A stretch of 64,000 bases of DNA from an uncultured Clostridia bacterium (GCA_944363035.1 CALVTS010000002.1:85277-149276); one strand, 5' to 3'. Positions 27,299-38,297 are shown, counted from the stretch's first letter. Notes: a model not told the origin generated them from the sequence alone. Translations and numbers: made by a program.

Positions 27299-28555
27299 AT
27301 GGTAGATCTCAAAAGCATAAAAGCCGTAGACGGCGAACTGTACGATTCCATGGTGGAGGAGCTCCGCCGTCAACAGCACAATCTCGAACTCATCGCAAGC
27401 GAAAACATAGTTTCCCCCGCAGTCATGGCAGCGGCAGGCAGCTTTTACACCAACAAGTACGCGGAAGGGTATCCCCGCAAGCGTTACTACGGCGGCTGTC
27501 AGTTTGTCGACCGTGCGGAGGAGCTCGCCATCGAACGCGCAAAAGAGCTCTTCGGTGTGAAGTACGCCAACGTCCAGGCGCACAGCGGTTCCAATGCGAA
27601 CTTCGCGGTGTATTACGCCGTATTGCAGCCCGGTGACACCGTGCTGGGTATGTCTCTTTCGGAAGGCGGACACCTCACGCACGGTTCCCCCGTCAATCTG
27701 AGCGGCAAGCTCTTCAAGTTCGTGTCCTACGGGCTGGACCCCGAGACGGGCAGGATAGACTTCGAGGACGTGCGCAAGAAGGCGTTGGAACACAAGCCGA
27801 AACTCATCGTCGCGGGCGCTTCGGCGTATGCAAGGACGATAGAATTCGACAAGTTCAAGGCGATCGCGGACGAAGTCGGCGCATACTTCATGGTGGACAT
27901 CGCGCACATCGCGGGACTCGTGGCGGCGGGGTTGCATCCCTCTCCCGTGCCCTATGCGGATTTCGTGACCTCTACCACGCACAAGACCCTTCGCGGACCT
28001 CGCGGCGGGCTCATCATGACCAACAACGAGGAGCTGGCAAAGCTCATCGACAAGACCATTTTCCCCGGCTCCCAGGGCGGTCCTCTCATGCACATCATCG
28101 CGGCTAAGGCGGTGGCGTTCAAGGAGGCGCTCACGCCCGAGTTCAGAGAGTATCAGAAACAGGTCGTCGCAAACGCCAAGACCCTTGCCGAAACTTTGCT
28201 CGCCGAGGGCGTGAACCTCGTGAGCGGCGGCACGGACAACCACCTCATGCTCCTCAACCTCGTGGGCACCGGAGTCACGGGCAAACAGCTCGAAAAGTGG
28301 CTGGATGAGGCGCACATCACAGTCAACAAGAATGCCGTCCCCAACGATCCGGAGAAACCTTTCGTGACCAGCGGCGTCAGGATAGGCACTCCCGCCGTCA
28401 CCACGCGCGGCATGAAGGAAGAGGACATGAAGGTCATCGGCAAGTGCATCGCCGATATCATCAAAAACGGCGAGGACGCCATACCGAGAGTGACCGAAAA
28501 GGTGCTCGCTCTCTGCGACGCACATCCTCTCTACGAAAAGGACGTGTTGTTCTGA
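27299..28555 (+). CDS. glyA: serine hydroxymethyltransferase
   Basis: LELIASEN and [12 protein letters not shown] (PLP lysine) motifs. AGGAG RBS. Confidence 0.95.
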   Translation: MVDLKSIKAVDGELYDSMVEELRRQQHNLELIASENIVSPAVMAAAGSFYTNKYAEGYPRKRYYGGCQFVDRAEELAIERAKELFGVKYANVQAHSGSNANFAVYYAVLQPGDTVLGMSLSEGGHLTHGSPVNLSGKLFKFVSYGLDPETGRIDFEDVRKKALEHKPKLIVAGASAYARTIEFDKFKAIADEVGAYFMVDIAHIAGLVAAGLHPSPVPYADFVTSTTHKTLRGPRGGLIMTNNEELAKLIDKTIFPGSQGGPLMHIIAAKAVAFKEALTPEFREYQKQVVANAKTLAETLLAEGVNLVSGGTDNHLMLLNLVGTGVTGKQLEKWLDEAHITVNKNAVPNDPEKPFVTSGVRIGTPAVTTRGMKEEDMKVIGKCIADIIKNGEDAIPRVTEKVLALCDAHPLYEKDVLF

Positions 28556-28571
28556 TAAACGTCGATCTCAA

Positions 28572-28597
28572 AAGCGCCCTTTCGGGGGCGCTTTTTG
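28572..28597 (+). terminator. intrinsic terminator of glyA
   Basis: AGCGCCC-TTTC-GGGGGCGCT followed by TTTTT. Confidence 0.75.
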
Positions 28598-28813
28598 AAT
28601 GCAAAAAAAGGTCGGATACGGCTTGGCAAAGTTCCTGCGTGACGATGACTGCGGCATCCTCGCGTGAAGTGCGGCGCAAGGTGCGGGAGCTGCTTTTGAT
28701 GCGGCAAAGCTCGCGGCGCGCCGAGCGACTGCGGATAAGGAAAAGTTGTGTCTTGATTTCGGCGGGATGCGAGAGTATGATTGTCTTGTAGAATTTTGAA
28801 AGGAGAGGACGAA

Positions 28814-29614
28814 GTGAGACAGAGCAGGCTCGCGAAAAGCAAAGCGGCGGGCGTCGTGATGATGACGCTCGGCGTCTTCGGCTTTCTTGTCATAATACAC
28901 CGCCTCAGCTGTTACGTCTTCGAGTACGACGCGGAGTTCAGTCCCGTGGACTACGGGCGGTTCAACGTCCTCTCATTTTTCACCATCCAATCCAACGTGT
29001 TCGTCTACGTCTATCTGATATGCGCAGCGCTCGCCTGTTTCGGCGTGAAAGGCGCGGAAAAATTCGGGCATTCGCCCTTTTTCGGAGCCATGGCGACCAC
29101 CTATATCATCGTGACGGGAGTGGTGTATACGGCGGGCATACCCATGGGATTCACCCCGCCTTTCACTTGGCATGACCCCTATCACGCGATGAACAGTTTC
29201 ATCCAGGTCTACTTCCACATGATAGTCCCGCCCGTGATGCTCGTGCTGTGGTTCTTCCCATTTACGGACAGACGGGTGCGACACCGCGACGTGTGGTATT
29301 TCGGGATATACCCCTTTTTGTACTCCCTGTTTTCCATCCTGCGCGGCGGGGTGGGGAAGATGCATTTTTATCCCTATCCCTTCTACCGCCCGGAATTCAT
29401 ATGGGAGCTGTTCGGCGGGGGAGAAAATGTGAACTTCGCCGCGGCATACGTGCTCATGTTCCTCGTGCTCATCGCGGGGATATGTCTCTTCGTAGGGCTG
29501 GGGCGCCTTCTTGTCGCGGTGAACGACAGGATGACGGAAAGGTTTTTCCCCTCCGTTGCGTATGAACGCATATGCGCGGACGGGGCATCGAAAGGAGGAG
29601 CGCACTCTGCGTGA
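28814..29614 (+). CDS. integral membrane protein (FAR-17a/AIG1-like or Pr6Pr-like)
   Basis: GTG at 28814 after AAAGGAGAGG. About six hydrophobic segments. FFTIQSNVFVY motif. Candidate promoter TTGATT-17-TATGAT lies upstream. Confidence 0.55.
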   Translation: MRQSRLAKSKAAGVVMMTLGVFGFLVIIHRLSCYVFEYDAEFSPVDYGRFNVLSFFTIQSNVFVYVYLICAALACFGVKGAEKFGHSPFFGAMATTYIIVTGVVYTAGIPMGFTPPFTWHDPYHAMNSFIQVYFHMIVPPVMLVLWFFPFTDRRVRHRDVWYFGIYPFLYSLFSILRGGVGKMHFYPYPFYRPEFIWELFGGGENVNFAAAYVLMFLVLIAGICLFVGLGRLLVAVNDRMTERFFPSVAYERICADGASKGGAHSA

Positions 29615-29632
29615 AGTGCGGATGAAGAGGGT

Positions 29633-30580
29633 ATGAAAGCGGCGTTGATAGGTATGGGAGTCATCGGAAAAGTGCACCGCGACGTCCTGCGCGAACAGGG
29701 GATAGAGCTCGCGGCGGTGTGCGACGTCCTCCCCGAGCGCAGAGAGGGCGCAAAGAGAGGGTACGACGACTACCGCGAGATGATTTTAAGGGAGTCTCCC
29801 GACGTGGTGCACATCTGCACTCCGCACTATTTGCACACCGAAATGATAGTATTTGCGCTCGAACACGGTTGCAACGTGCTCTGCGAAAAGCCCCTCACGA
29901 TACACCTTGCGGACATCGATCGCATCATAGCCGCCGAGGACGCTTCCTCGGGTATGCTCGGAGTGTGTCTGCAAAACAGATACAACCCCTCTTCGGCGTT
30001 TGCAAAGAGATATCTCGTCGGAAAAAAGATAGACAGAGCGTTCGGGGAGGTGCGCTGGCACCGCGACGCGGGATACTACGCCTCGGGAGAATGGAGAGGC
30101 AGATGGGCGACGGAGGGAGGCGGCGTGCTGATAAATCAGGCGATACACACCGTGGACCTCTTGCAATGGCTGTGCGGCGACCCGACAGACGTCACGGGAA
30201 GTATGCAAAACATATCCCTGAAAGGGGTGATAGAAGTTGAGGACACCGCTCATTTGCATATGGAGGGGGAAACACCCTGCGAGCTCTTTGCGACAAACAC
30301 GGCAAAAGAGGATCATCCCGCGAAAGTGAAGGTGGTGACGGAAGGGAAAACCTTGGAGATATATCCCGACCGCGCGCTCCTCGACGGAGAGCCCGTCCAT
30401 CCGGAGCGAGAGGATGGGTGGTACGGGAAGAGGATGTACGGCAAGGGACATTCCGCCCTCATCGCGCACTTTTACGACTGCGTGTCGAAAAAAGAAAAGT
30501 TCCCTCTTGACGGCAGGGAGGGGAGCAGGAGCGTGAGGACAGTCCTCATCTTTTACGACAAATGTCGTCGCGGGATGTGA
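29633..30580 (+). CDS. Gfo/Idh/MocA family oxidoreductase
   Basis: N-terminal Rossmann motif ALIGMGVIGKVH and EKP motif (LCEKPL). Confidence 0.85.
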   Translation: MKAALIGMGVIGKVHRDVLREQGIELAAVCDVLPERREGAKRGYDDYREMILRESPDVVHICTPHYLHTEMIVFALEHGCNVLCEKPLTIHLADIDRIIAAEDASSGMLGVCLQNRYNPSSAFAKRYLVGKKIDRAFGEVRWHRDAGYYASGEWRGRWATEGGGVLINQAIHTVDLLQWLCGDPTDVTGSMQNISLKGVIEVEDTAHLHMEGETPCELFATNTAKEDHPAKVKVVTEGKTLEIYPDRALLDGEPVHPEREDGWYGKRMYGKGHSALIAHFYDCVSKKEKFPLDGREGSRSVRTVLIFYDKCRRGM

Positions 30581-30596
30581 ACGCCGCAAAAAGCGG

Positions 30597-31445
30597 TCAG
30601 GATCTCATCCTTGCGTAAAACTGTTTGGGAGTCACCCCGAATTCCTTTTTGAAAGCGCGGAAAAAGTGGGTGTAGTCGCTGAATCCGCATTTGAGATACA
30701 CCTCGGTGACGGGGCATCCCTGTTCCAAGAATTGTTTTGAGAGCACCAGCCTTTTTTTGAGCACGTATCTGTGCGGGGTGGTATTTGTGGTCTCCTTGAA
30801 GACGTGCGCGAAATAGTACTTGTTGACAAAGATCGCAGAGGATATCCTTTCCAGCGAAAGATCTTCGGCGATGTGTTCCGAGATATATTCTATCGCGCGC
30901 GACACGCAGGCGTTCCCCGCGCCCGTGACCGCCGACCCTCCCGTGTTTTGCAAAAAGAACTGCCCGAGACATATGAGAAGGCTCTTTATGCTTTCCTCCC
31001 TTTCTATATCCCTGCCGAAGGTCTCTTCGAGGGGCGCCGCCACTTCTTTCAGATGTCCGCACACCGTTTCTGAAAGAGAGGAGTTGCGTATGAGATACGC
31101 GCCCGAGCGCGACGTCTCCGAAAAGCAGAGATTGAGGTCGGTGAGAGGGGTGGACATCCGCCTGATATATCGTTGATCCAACCATAAAACTATACGCTCG
31201 TAGGTCTCGGCGGAGTCCTTGATGTCAAGCTGATGAAGCCTCCCGGGCGGGATGAGGAGGATGTCCCCGGGTTCCAGATGGAATTTGCTGTCCTCGATGA
31301 TGTAGGAGGCTGAGCCTTTCATGAAGAGATAGAGCTCCGAAAAGTCGTGGGAATGCATCTCCACGGTGCGGAAATTCTTGTCCGTCTTGTGGTGCGCCTC
31401 GTAGGTGTTGCAGGACATGAATTGGTTTTCGTATCTCTCGCTCAT
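30597..31445 (-). CDS. AraC family transcriptional regulator (cupin sensor plus HTH). Start uncertain.
   Basis: N-terminal cupin (HSHDFSELYLFMKG...GDILLIPPGRLH). C-terminal AraC HTH (FSDYTHFFRAFKKEFGVTPKQF). Confidence 0.88.
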   Translation of the reverse strand: MSERYENQFMSCNTYEAHHKTDKNFRTVEMHSHDFSELYLFMKGSASYIIEDSKFHLEPGDILLIPPGRLHQLDIKDSAETYERIVLWLDQRYIRRMSTPLTDLNLCFSETSRSGAYLIRNSSLSETVCGHLKEVAAPLEETFGRDIEREESIKSLLICLGQFFLQNTGGSAVTGAGNACVSRAIEYISEHIAEDLSLERISSAIFVNKYYFAHVFKETTNTTPHRYVLKKRLVLSKQFLEQGCPVTEVYLKCGFSDYTHFFRAFKKEFGVTPKQFYARMRS

Positions 31446-31501
31446 AAGCGGAGAATAGCATATGATAGCAATTTCTGCAAGCAAAAAAGCAAAAATCAGG
31501 A

Positions 31502-31530
31502 TTTACTGAGAAAATGTTGAGTGATAAAAT
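31502..31530 (+). promoter_or_regulatory. candidate promoter of the hexuronate operon (TTTACT-17-TAAAAT)
   Basis: Lies in the araC/uxaC divergent region, about 20 nt upstream of the AGAGAGG RBS and the ATG at 31553. Confidence 0.4.
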
Positions 31531-31552
31531 TTTTATATAAGAGAGGTGCCAG

Positions 31553-32746
31553 ATGGCTTTTTTTGATGAAAACATCCTGCTCGAAAGCGCCGCGGCGAAG
31601 AAGCTGTACGACGGTATAGCACATCTTCCGATAATCGACTATCATTGTCACCTCAATGAAGCCGAGATAGCTTGCGACAAACATTTTTCGGACATAGGAG
31701 AACTGTGGCTCGCGGGGGATCACTATAAATGGCGTGCGATGCGCCTTGCGGGCGTCCCCGAGAAGTATGTCACGGGGGATGGGAGCAACAAGGAGAAATT
31801 TTTCGCATACGCCTCCGTCATGCCCAAACTCATAGGCAATCCGCTGTACTATTGGTCGCATATGGAGCTGGACGCGCTTTTCGGCATACGCGAACCTCTG
31901 AACGCGGAGAGCGCAGAGAGCATATGGGAAAGAGCCAACGAAAAGTTGCGGGATATCGGCGTCGGCGACCTACTCAAAAAATTCAGGGTGGAGTATATCG
32001 CCACGACGGACGATCCCTTTTCCTCCCTTTCCCTGCACGGCAGTATAAACGGAGTCACCGTGAGCCCGACCTTCCGTCCCGACAGATGTTTTGCCGAAGG
32101 GGCGTCCAAGGCGGAGCTTGAAAAAAGGCTGGACTTTTTCCTCACCAAGGGATGCAAAGCCGCCGACCACGGATTCGACGTCTTTTCGGACACCGAGGAC
32201 GTCGAGTGGCTCATCCGCGCGTGCCATGAAAGAGGGCTTCTCCTGCAACTGCATTTCGGCACTTTCCGCAACGTCAATTCGAAGGCGTTCGGGAAGATAG
32301 GGCGGGACGCCGGCTTTGACGTTTTCCGCGACTATATCGCGACGGACAGGCTCGCTACGCTTCTTGACAAGATGTACGGAGAATTGGGCGGACTGCCCAA
32401 AATCGTGCTTTATCCGCTCAATGACAACTATTTAAGGGCTGTTTGTGCGATATCGGGGGCATTCCCCAACGTGCTGGTCGGCGCGGCGTGGTGGTTCAAC
32501 GACACCGTCTGCGGCATAAAGCGTCAGCTCGAGACGGTGGCGGAATACGCGATGCTCGGCAACAATCTGGGGATGCTCACGGACAGCAGGTCTTTCAGTT
32601 CCTACGTCCGCTTCGATTTCTACCGCCGAATACTGGCGTCCTTCATCGCAGAAAAGACTGAAAGAGGGGAGTACGACGAAGGCGCGGCTATCGGGCTCGC
32701 TAGGGATATCTCATATTTCAATGTAAAGGAGGCGCTCGGCTTATGA
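31553..32746 (+). CDS. uxaC: glucuronate (uronate) isomerase, short form
   Basis: LPIIDYHCHL, GDHYKWRAMR, WWFNDT and GMLTDSRSF motifs. Confidence 0.9.
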   Translation: MAFFDENILLESAAAKKLYDGIAHLPIIDYHCHLNEAEIACDKHFSDIGELWLAGDHYKWRAMRLAGVPEKYVTGDGSNKEKFFAYASVMPKLIGNPLYYWSHMELDALFGIREPLNAESAESIWERANEKLRDIGVGDLLKKFRVEYIATTDDPFSSLSLHGSINGVTVSPTFRPDRCFAEGASKAELEKRLDFFLTKGCKAADHGFDVFSDTEDVEWLIRACHERGLLLQLHFGTFRNVNSKAFGKIGRDAGFDVFRDYIATDRLATLLDKMYGELGGLPKIVLYPLNDNYLRAVCAISGAFPNVLVGAAWWFNDTVCGIKRQLETVAEYAMLGNNLGMLTDSRSFSSYVRFDFYRRILASFIAEKTERGEYDEGAAIGLARDISYFNVKEALGL

Positions 32747-33783
32747 AAATGACTTTCCGCTGGTACGGCGAAAAGGACAGCATCTCTCTTTCGGACATCA
32801 AACAGATCCAGGGAGTGAGCGGGGTGGTCACCGCCGTTTATGACACCCCGGTGGGAGAGGCGTGGAGCCTCGACTCCCTGCAAAAATACAGGGATATGAC
32901 GAGCGCCGCAGGACTGGAAATGGAAGTCATCGAGTCCGTCCCCGTGCACGAGGACATCAAGCTCGGCAAGCCCTCCCGCGCAAAGTATATCGAGGCGTAC
33001 AAGCAGAACATCCGCAACTGCGCCGCGGTGGGCGTGAAGTGCATATGCTACAATTTCATGCCCGTCTTCGACTGGGTGCGCACGGACCTGCATTTCCGTC
33101 ATCCCGACGGGGCGGAATCGCTTGCATACGACCATTCCGCGCTCGCCGCTCTCGACCCCGAAGACCTTCACCTCCCCGGCTGGGACGAGAGCTATTCTCC
33201 TGCCGAACTCGGCGCGCTACTCAAAGAATACAAGGGCATGAGCCATGAGAAACTCTTTGAAAATCTGGTGTTCTTCCTCAAAGAGATAATGCCCGTATGC
33301 GACGAGACGGGAGTGGACATGGCGATACACCCCGACGACCCGCCGTGGGATATCTTCGGGCTTCCCAGGATAATTTGCAAGGAGGAGGACTACGACAGGC
33401 TTTTCGCCGCCGTGCCAGACCCTCACAACGGCATCACCTTCTGCACGGGGAGCCTGGGCGCGTCAAGGGAAAACGACCTCGTGAAAATGGCGGCGAAGTA
33501 CGCGCGCCGTATACATTTCGCGCACCTTCGCCAGCTGAAATACGAAGGTGAGATAGATTTTTACGAAAACGGACATCAGACTGCTTCGGGAGACGTGGAC
33601 ATATTCGGCATCGTACGTGCGCTGGTGCGCGGCGGATGCAAAGGGTATGTGCGTCCCGACCACGGCAGGAACGTGTGGGGAGAGCAGGGAAAACCGGGCT
33701 ACGGGCTCTTTGACAGAGCGATGGGCGCGTGCTACCTCACGGGGCTCTTCGAAGCGGTGGAAAAGGAGGAAGGAGAAAAATGA
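32743..33783 (+). CDS. uxuA: mannonate dehydratase
   Basis: MKMTFRWYGEKD N-terminus. 346 aa. Overlaps the uxaC stop by 4 nt. Confidence 0.9.
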   Translation: MKMTFRWYGEKDSISLSDIKQIQGVSGVVTAVYDTPVGEAWSLDSLQKYRDMTSAAGLEMEVIESVPVHEDIKLGKPSRAKYIEAYKQNIRNCAAVGVKCICYNFMPVFDWVRTDLHFRHPDGAESLAYDHSALAALDPEDLHLPGWDESYSPAELGALLKEYKGMSHEKLFENLVFFLKEIMPVCDETGVDMAIHPDDPPWDIFGLPRIICKEEDYDRLFAAVPDPHNGITFCTGSLGASRENDLVKMAAKYARRIHFAHLRQLKYEGEIDFYENGHQTASGDVDIFGIVRALVRGGCKGYVRPDHGRNVWGEQGKPGYGLFDRAMGACYLTGLFEAVEKEEGEK

Positions 33784-34610
33784 AACTGCCTTTCAAAACA
33801 GATCTTTCAGAGAAAGTGGCTGTCATCACGGGCGGGGGCGGAGTCATCTGCTCCGAGTTCGCGCGTGCGCTCGCCGCGTGCGGCGCGAAGGTAGCCCTCC
33901 TGGACATCAACGAGAGCGCGGCAAAGGCGGTCGCCGACGAGATAGGGAAAAACGCCGTCGCGCTCAAATGCGACTGTCTGGACAAGGCGGATATACTGCG
34001 CGCCCGCGACAAAGTGCACGAAAAGTTCGGCAAGGTCAATTTCCTCGTGAACGGCGCGGGCGGAAACAATCCGCGCGCTACCACCGACAACGAATATATG
34101 ACCCCCGATCTTACGGGCGTCAAGGATTTCTTCGCGCTGGAAGAGAGCGGATTGCGATTTGTGTTCGACATCAACATCACATCTGCGTTTCTCGTGACCC
34201 AGGTGTTTGCGCAGGACATGGTGAAGACGGGAGGGAACATCATCAACATCTCTTCCATGAACGCATTCGCCCCACTCACCAAGATACCGGCGTACAGCGC
34301 GGCAAAGGCGGGGATATCCAATTTCACGCAATGGCTTGCGGTGCACTTCGCGCCCTGCGGGATCAGGTGCAACGCGATAGCCCCCGGGTTTTTTGTCACC
34401 AATCAGAACAGGAGCCTTCTCTTCAACGCGGACGGCACGCCGACCGCAAGAACGGGGAAGATACTCGCCGCCACGCCCATGCGCAAATTCGGGGAGATAG
34501 ACGACCTCATCGGATGTCTCATCTGGCTTGCCGACGACGGCGCGAGCGGCTTCGTGACGGGGACCGTCATCCCCGTGGACGGCGGATTTTCCGCATACAG
34601 CGGGGTGTGA
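33780..34610 (+). CDS. SDR family oxidoreductase (UxuB-like D-mannonate/fructuronate reductase candidate)
   Basis: TGGGGVICSEFA cofactor motif and YSAAK catalytic motif. ATG overlaps the uxuA TGA. Confidence 0.8.
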   Translation: MKLPFKTDLSEKVAVITGGGGVICSEFARALAACGAKVALLDINESAAKAVADEIGKNAVALKCDCLDKADILRARDKVHEKFGKVNFLVNGAGGNNPRATTDNEYMTPDLTGVKDFFALEESGLRFVFDINITSAFLVTQVFAQDMVKTGGNIINISSMNAFAPLTKIPAYSAAKAGISNFTQWLAVHFAPCGIRCNAIAPGFFVTNQNRSLLFNADGTPTARTGKILAATPMRKFGEIDDLIGCLIWLADDGASGFVTGTVIPVDGGFSAYSGV

Positions 34611-34611
34611 G

Positions 34612-35196
34612 ATGAAAAAACTTATCCCCGTGATAGCATTGAAGGACGCGGCGGACACCATCCCCGTGCTCCGAGCCCTGCAAGACGGCGGGGTGTATTG
34701 CGCCGAGATAACCTTCCGCACCGCGTGCGCCGAAGAGGCGATACGCATAGCCGCCTCGGCATTCCCCGACATGGAGATAGGCGCGGGCACCGTGATAAAC
34801 GCCGAACAAGCGGGACGCGCGGTGGCGGCGGGCGCGAGATTCCTGGTCTCCCCGGGATTCGACGACGGAGTGGCACGATTTGCGCTGGATAAAGGCGTCA
34901 CATATTATCCCGGGTGCGTGACCCCGAGTGAGATCATGCACGCGTTGTCTTACGGATTCGATATCCTGAAATTTTTCCCCGCCGGGGTGTTCGGCGGGAT
35001 AAAGGCGTTGAAAGCGCTCTCCGCTCCCTTCCCGCAGGTCAGGTTCATCCCGACGGGAGGGGTGGACCTTGGCAATCTCAAAGAGTTTATCGAGTTCGAC
35101 AAGGTGTATGCCGTCGGCGGCTCCTTCATGATGAAGGGCTCGCCTCTCGACATCACCCGCATTTGCAAGGAGGCGATGAAGATATGCGAGTCGTGA
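34612..35196 (+). CDS. eda: 2-dehydro-3-deoxyphosphogluconate / 4-hydroxy-2-oxoglutarate aldolase
   Basis: 194 aa. EITFRT, GAGTV and KFFPA motifs of KDPG aldolases. Confidence 0.88.
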   Translation: MKKLIPVIALKDAADTIPVLRALQDGGVYCAEITFRTACAEEAIRIAASAFPDMEIGAGTVINAEQAGRAVAAGARFLVSPGFDDGVARFALDKGVTYYPGCVTPSEIMHALSYGFDILKFFPAGVFGGIKALKALSAPFPQVRFIPTGGVDLGNLKEFIEFDKVYAVGGSFMMKGSPLDITRICKEAMKICES

Positions 35197-36203
35197 CATT
35201 CGGTGAGATCATGCTCCGCTTACAGCCCGAAAACTATCTGCGTTTCGTGCAGGCGGACAGGCTTGAAGCCACTTTCGGCGGGGCGGAAGCGAACGTAGCC
35301 GTCTCCCTTGCGAATTTCGGGGCGGACGCGGCGTTCGTCACCAAACTCCCGTCTCACGAGATAGGGCAGAGCGCGGTCAACTCTCTGCGCAAATTCGGCG
35401 TGGACACCTCCCTCATACTCCGAGGCGGAGATAGGGTGGGCATCTACTATTGCGAAAAAGGGGCGAGCCAGCGTCCGAGCAAAGTCATCTATGACAGAGC
35501 GGGCTCGGCGTTTCAGACCTCTGAAAAAGAGGAGTACGACTGGGAGAGCATCCTGAAAGGCGCGGATTGGTTGCATTTCACGGGCATCACTCCCGCGCTT
35601 TCCCCGAAACTCGCCGCGGCGGCGGAAGAGGGAGCGAAGACTGCGCGCAAACTCGGCGTCACCGTCTCCTGCGACCTCAATTTCCGCAAAAAACTCTGGT
35701 CAAAGGAAGAGGCGGGAAGAGCGATGTCCGCGATATGCCGATACGTTGACGTCTGCATTGCCAACGAGGAGGACGCAAAGGACGTGTTCGGCATACAGGC
35801 GGAAAACAGCGACGTCACGTCGGGAAAGCTGGATCGCGAAGGGTATATCGACGTTGCGAAAAAGCTCTCGGAAAAATTCGGTTTCCGCGCGGTCGCCATA
35901 ACGCTTCGCGAGAGCCTGAGCGCGAGCGACAACAACTGGTCCGCCATGCTGTATACGGGCAAGGAAGCGTATTTCAGCAAGAAATATCCCGTGCATATCG
36001 TGGACAGAGTTGGGGGCGGAGACAGCTTCGGAGCGGGGTTGATATTCGCCATGCTTTCGGGCTATACACCCTCGGACGCTCTCGGATTCGCCGTGGCGGC
36101 AAGCGCGTTGAAACACTCCGTGGAAGGGGATTTCAACATGGTGTCCAAAGAGGAAGTGGAGACCCTGAGAAAGGGCGACGGGAGCGGAAGAGTACAGCGC
36201 TGA
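35184..36203 (+). CDS. kdgK: 2-dehydro-3-deoxygluconokinase (PfkB family)
   Basis: MRVVTFGEIMLRL N-terminus, GGAEANVA, and C-terminal DRVGGGDSFGAG motif. Confidence 0.88.
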   Translation: MRVVTFGEIMLRLQPENYLRFVQADRLEATFGGAEANVAVSLANFGADAAFVTKLPSHEIGQSAVNSLRKFGVDTSLILRGGDRVGIYYCEKGASQRPSKVIYDRAGSAFQTSEKEEYDWESILKGADWLHFTGITPALSPKLAAAAEEGAKTARKLGVTVSCDLNFRKKLWSKEEAGRAMSAICRYVDVCIANEEDAKDVFGIQAENSDVTSGKLDREGYIDVAKKLSEKFGFRAVAITLRESLSASDNNWSAMLYTGKEAYFSKKYPVHIVDRVGGGDSFGAGLIFAMLSGYTPSDALGFAVAASALKHSVEGDFNMVSKEEVETLRKGDGSGRVQR

Positions 36204-36216
36204 GGAGAGATAATTC

Positions 36217-37140
36217 ATGGGCAAGATCACTATATCGGGGTTTTATGACGAGATAAGTAGCAAGTTAAGTGCCCAGATCGGCGTCATGCATGAGCTGGGC
36301 GAAACTTATATGTGCCCCCGCAACTTGGACGGGAAAAACATCGCAGACTACACCCTCGAAGAATTCGAGGACAAGATATATCCCGTGTTGAAGAGGGAGG
36401 GGATAAAGTTTTCTTCCATAGGTTCGCCGATAGGCAAGGTCGGTATAGACGACGAAGAGGGCTTCGAAAAGCAGAAGAGACAGCTTGCCGAGCTGGTGAA
36501 GATAGCAAAGCTCATGGAGTGCGGCTACATCCGCGTGTTTTCCTTCTTCTACGGCGACCGCGCCCCCGACTCCTGTCACGACAAGGTGGTGAAGCGTATG
36601 CGGGAACTCCTCTCGATAGTCAAGGGGAGCGGAGTCAAGCTCCTGCACGAGAACGAGAAGAAGATATACGGCGACGTACCGGAGCGCGTGATGAAGCTGT
36701 ACCGCGAGCTGGACGACGAGGATCTCGTCCTCTGCTTCGACGCGAGCAACTATATCCAATGCGATGCGGATCCGGTGGCGGCGTTCGACGCTTTGAAGGA
36801 TCATGTGGTGTATTATCACGTCAAAGATTGCTCCTCCTACAAGGTGGAGGTCCCCGTGGGGCTCGGCGAGGGGCATTACGAGTACATTATTGGCGAGTTG
36901 ATAAAGCGCGGCTACGAGGGGTTCATGACTCTTGAACCGCATACTTTCAAATACGCGCTCCTGAAACCCGTGGTCAATTTCGTACCATTTGCGGGACTTG
37001 CGCTCCTCGATCATTTCAAGGCGTTCAGGCTCATCGATAAGAGGATGGGGCGGGGCTATTTCAAGTGCGCGTCCCGAAAGGAAGTGTTCCTCTGGCAATA
37101 TAACGGTCTCAAAAAACTCATAGCGGAGGCGAAGGCATGA
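36217..37140 (+). CDS. sugar phosphate isomerase/epimerase (xylose-isomerase-like TIM barrel)
   Basis: 307 aa. Pattern typical of the AP-endonuclease-2/xylose isomerase-like barrel (LLHENE, HVKD, TLEPH). Confidence 0.75.
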   Translation: MGKITISGFYDEISSKLSAQIGVMHELGETYMCPRNLDGKNIADYTLEEFEDKIYPVLKREGIKFSSIGSPIGKVGIDDEEGFEKQKRQLAELVKIAKLMECGYIRVFSFFYGDRAPDSCHDKVVKRMRELLSIVKGSGVKLLHENEKKIYGDVPERVMKLYRELDDEDLVLCFDASNYIQCDADPVAAFDALKDHVVYYHVKDCSSYKVEVPVGLGEGHYEYIIGELIKRGYEGFMTLEPHTFKYALLKPVVNFVPFAGLALLDHFKAFRLIDKRMGRGYFKCASRKEVFLWQYNGLKKLIAEAKA

Positions 37141-38297
37141 AAGAAGTCAGATACGGCATAGTGGGAGTGGGCAAACAGGGCACATTCTACACCAAGATAT
37201 TCACCAAACTCAAAGGGCTCGTCAAGGGCGCGAGGCTCACCGCCGTCTGCGACATCGACCCCGCAAGGCGCAAGTACGCCGAGGAAAACCTGAAAGGGGT
37301 GAAAGTCTTTGAAAACTACAAGGATATGTTCGCCTCGGGGCTCGTCGACGTCGTGATGGTGGAGACCCCGCACTATTTCCATCCCGAGATAGCGATAGCC
37401 GCGATGAGAGCGGGGCTCAACGTGCTCTGCGACAAGCCGGCGGGAGTGTACACAAAACAGGTGCGAGAGATGAACGAGGAAGCAAAAAAGCATCCCGACC
37501 TCCTTTTCGGCATGATGTTCAACCAACGCACCAACCCCCTCTATATCAAAGCCAAAGAGCTCATCGAGAGCGGCAGACTCGGGAAACTCACAAGGATAGT
37601 GTGGATAATCACCAACTGGTACCGTCCCCGCGCCTACTACGCGCAGGGCGGCTGGCGCGGCACCTGGTGGGGAGAGGGAGGAGGAGTGCTCCTCAATCAA
37701 TGTCCTCATCAGCTTGATCTTTTCACATGGCTTGCGGGGCTTCCCGTCTCGGTGACGGCGACCGCCTCCACGGTGGGGAGGGACATCAGCGTGGAGAACG
37801 ACGTGACCGCAGTATGCAAATTCGCAAACGGGGCGACGGGGGTGTTCGTCACCTCCACTCACGACGCGCCGGGCACAAACCGTCTCGAAATAACGGGCGA
37901 GGGGGGCAAGATAGTCATCGAAAAGGGTAAGCTCGTCTTCACCGAGAACGCCGAGCCTGAGCCCGTCTTTTCAGAGCATAACACCGTCTTCATGGGCAAA
38001 CCCAAGACCAAGACGCACACCTATCGCGGCATCGGACACTATCTCAGGTTCACCGAATATCCCCCTCAGCACATCGGGATAATCAAGAACTACACCGACT
38101 ATCTCCTCAAAAAGACGGACAAGTTCATCGCGCCCGGCGAACAGGGGATAACGGGGCTCACTTTCTCCAATGCCATCCATCTTGCGAGCTGGACGGGGAG
38201 GGAAGTGACCATCCCCATTGACGAGGAGAAATTCCTCGCCGAACTCGAAGAGCGCAAGAGAGAAGAAGAGGCGAAAACGCCAAACAAGAAAAGCTGA
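37137..38297 (+). CDS. Gfo/Idh/MocA family oxidoreductase
   Basis: YGIVGVGKQG Rossmann motif, LCDKP motif. 386 aa. 4-nt overlap with the upstream gene. Confidence 0.85.
   Translation: MKEVRYGIVGVGKQGTFYTKIFTKLKGLVKGARLTAVCDIDPARRKYAEENLKGVKVFENYKDMFASGLVDVVMVETPHYFHPEIAIAAMRAGLNVLCDKPAGVYTKQVREMNEEAKKHPDLLFGMMFNQRTNPLYIKAKELIESGRLGKLTRIVWIITNWYRPRAYYAQGGWRGTWWGEGGGVLLNQCPHQLDLFTWLAGLPVSVTATASTVGRDISVENDVTAVCKFANGATGVFVTSTHDAPGTNRLEITGEGGKIVIEKGKLVFTENAEPEPVFSEHNTVFMGKPKTKTHTYRGIGHYLRFTEYPPQHIGIIKNYTDYLLKKTDKFIAPGEQGITGLTFSNAIHLASWTGREVTIPIDEEKFLAELEERKREEEAKTPNKKS

Noticed and set aside
31553-32746. uxaC being truncated or a pseudogene, because it encodes 397 aa versus about 470 aa in E. coli and B. 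subtilis.
   Set aside because: The N- and C-terminal conserved motifs are both present and in frame. The difference is due to internal shortening, which is compatible with a short-form orthologue.
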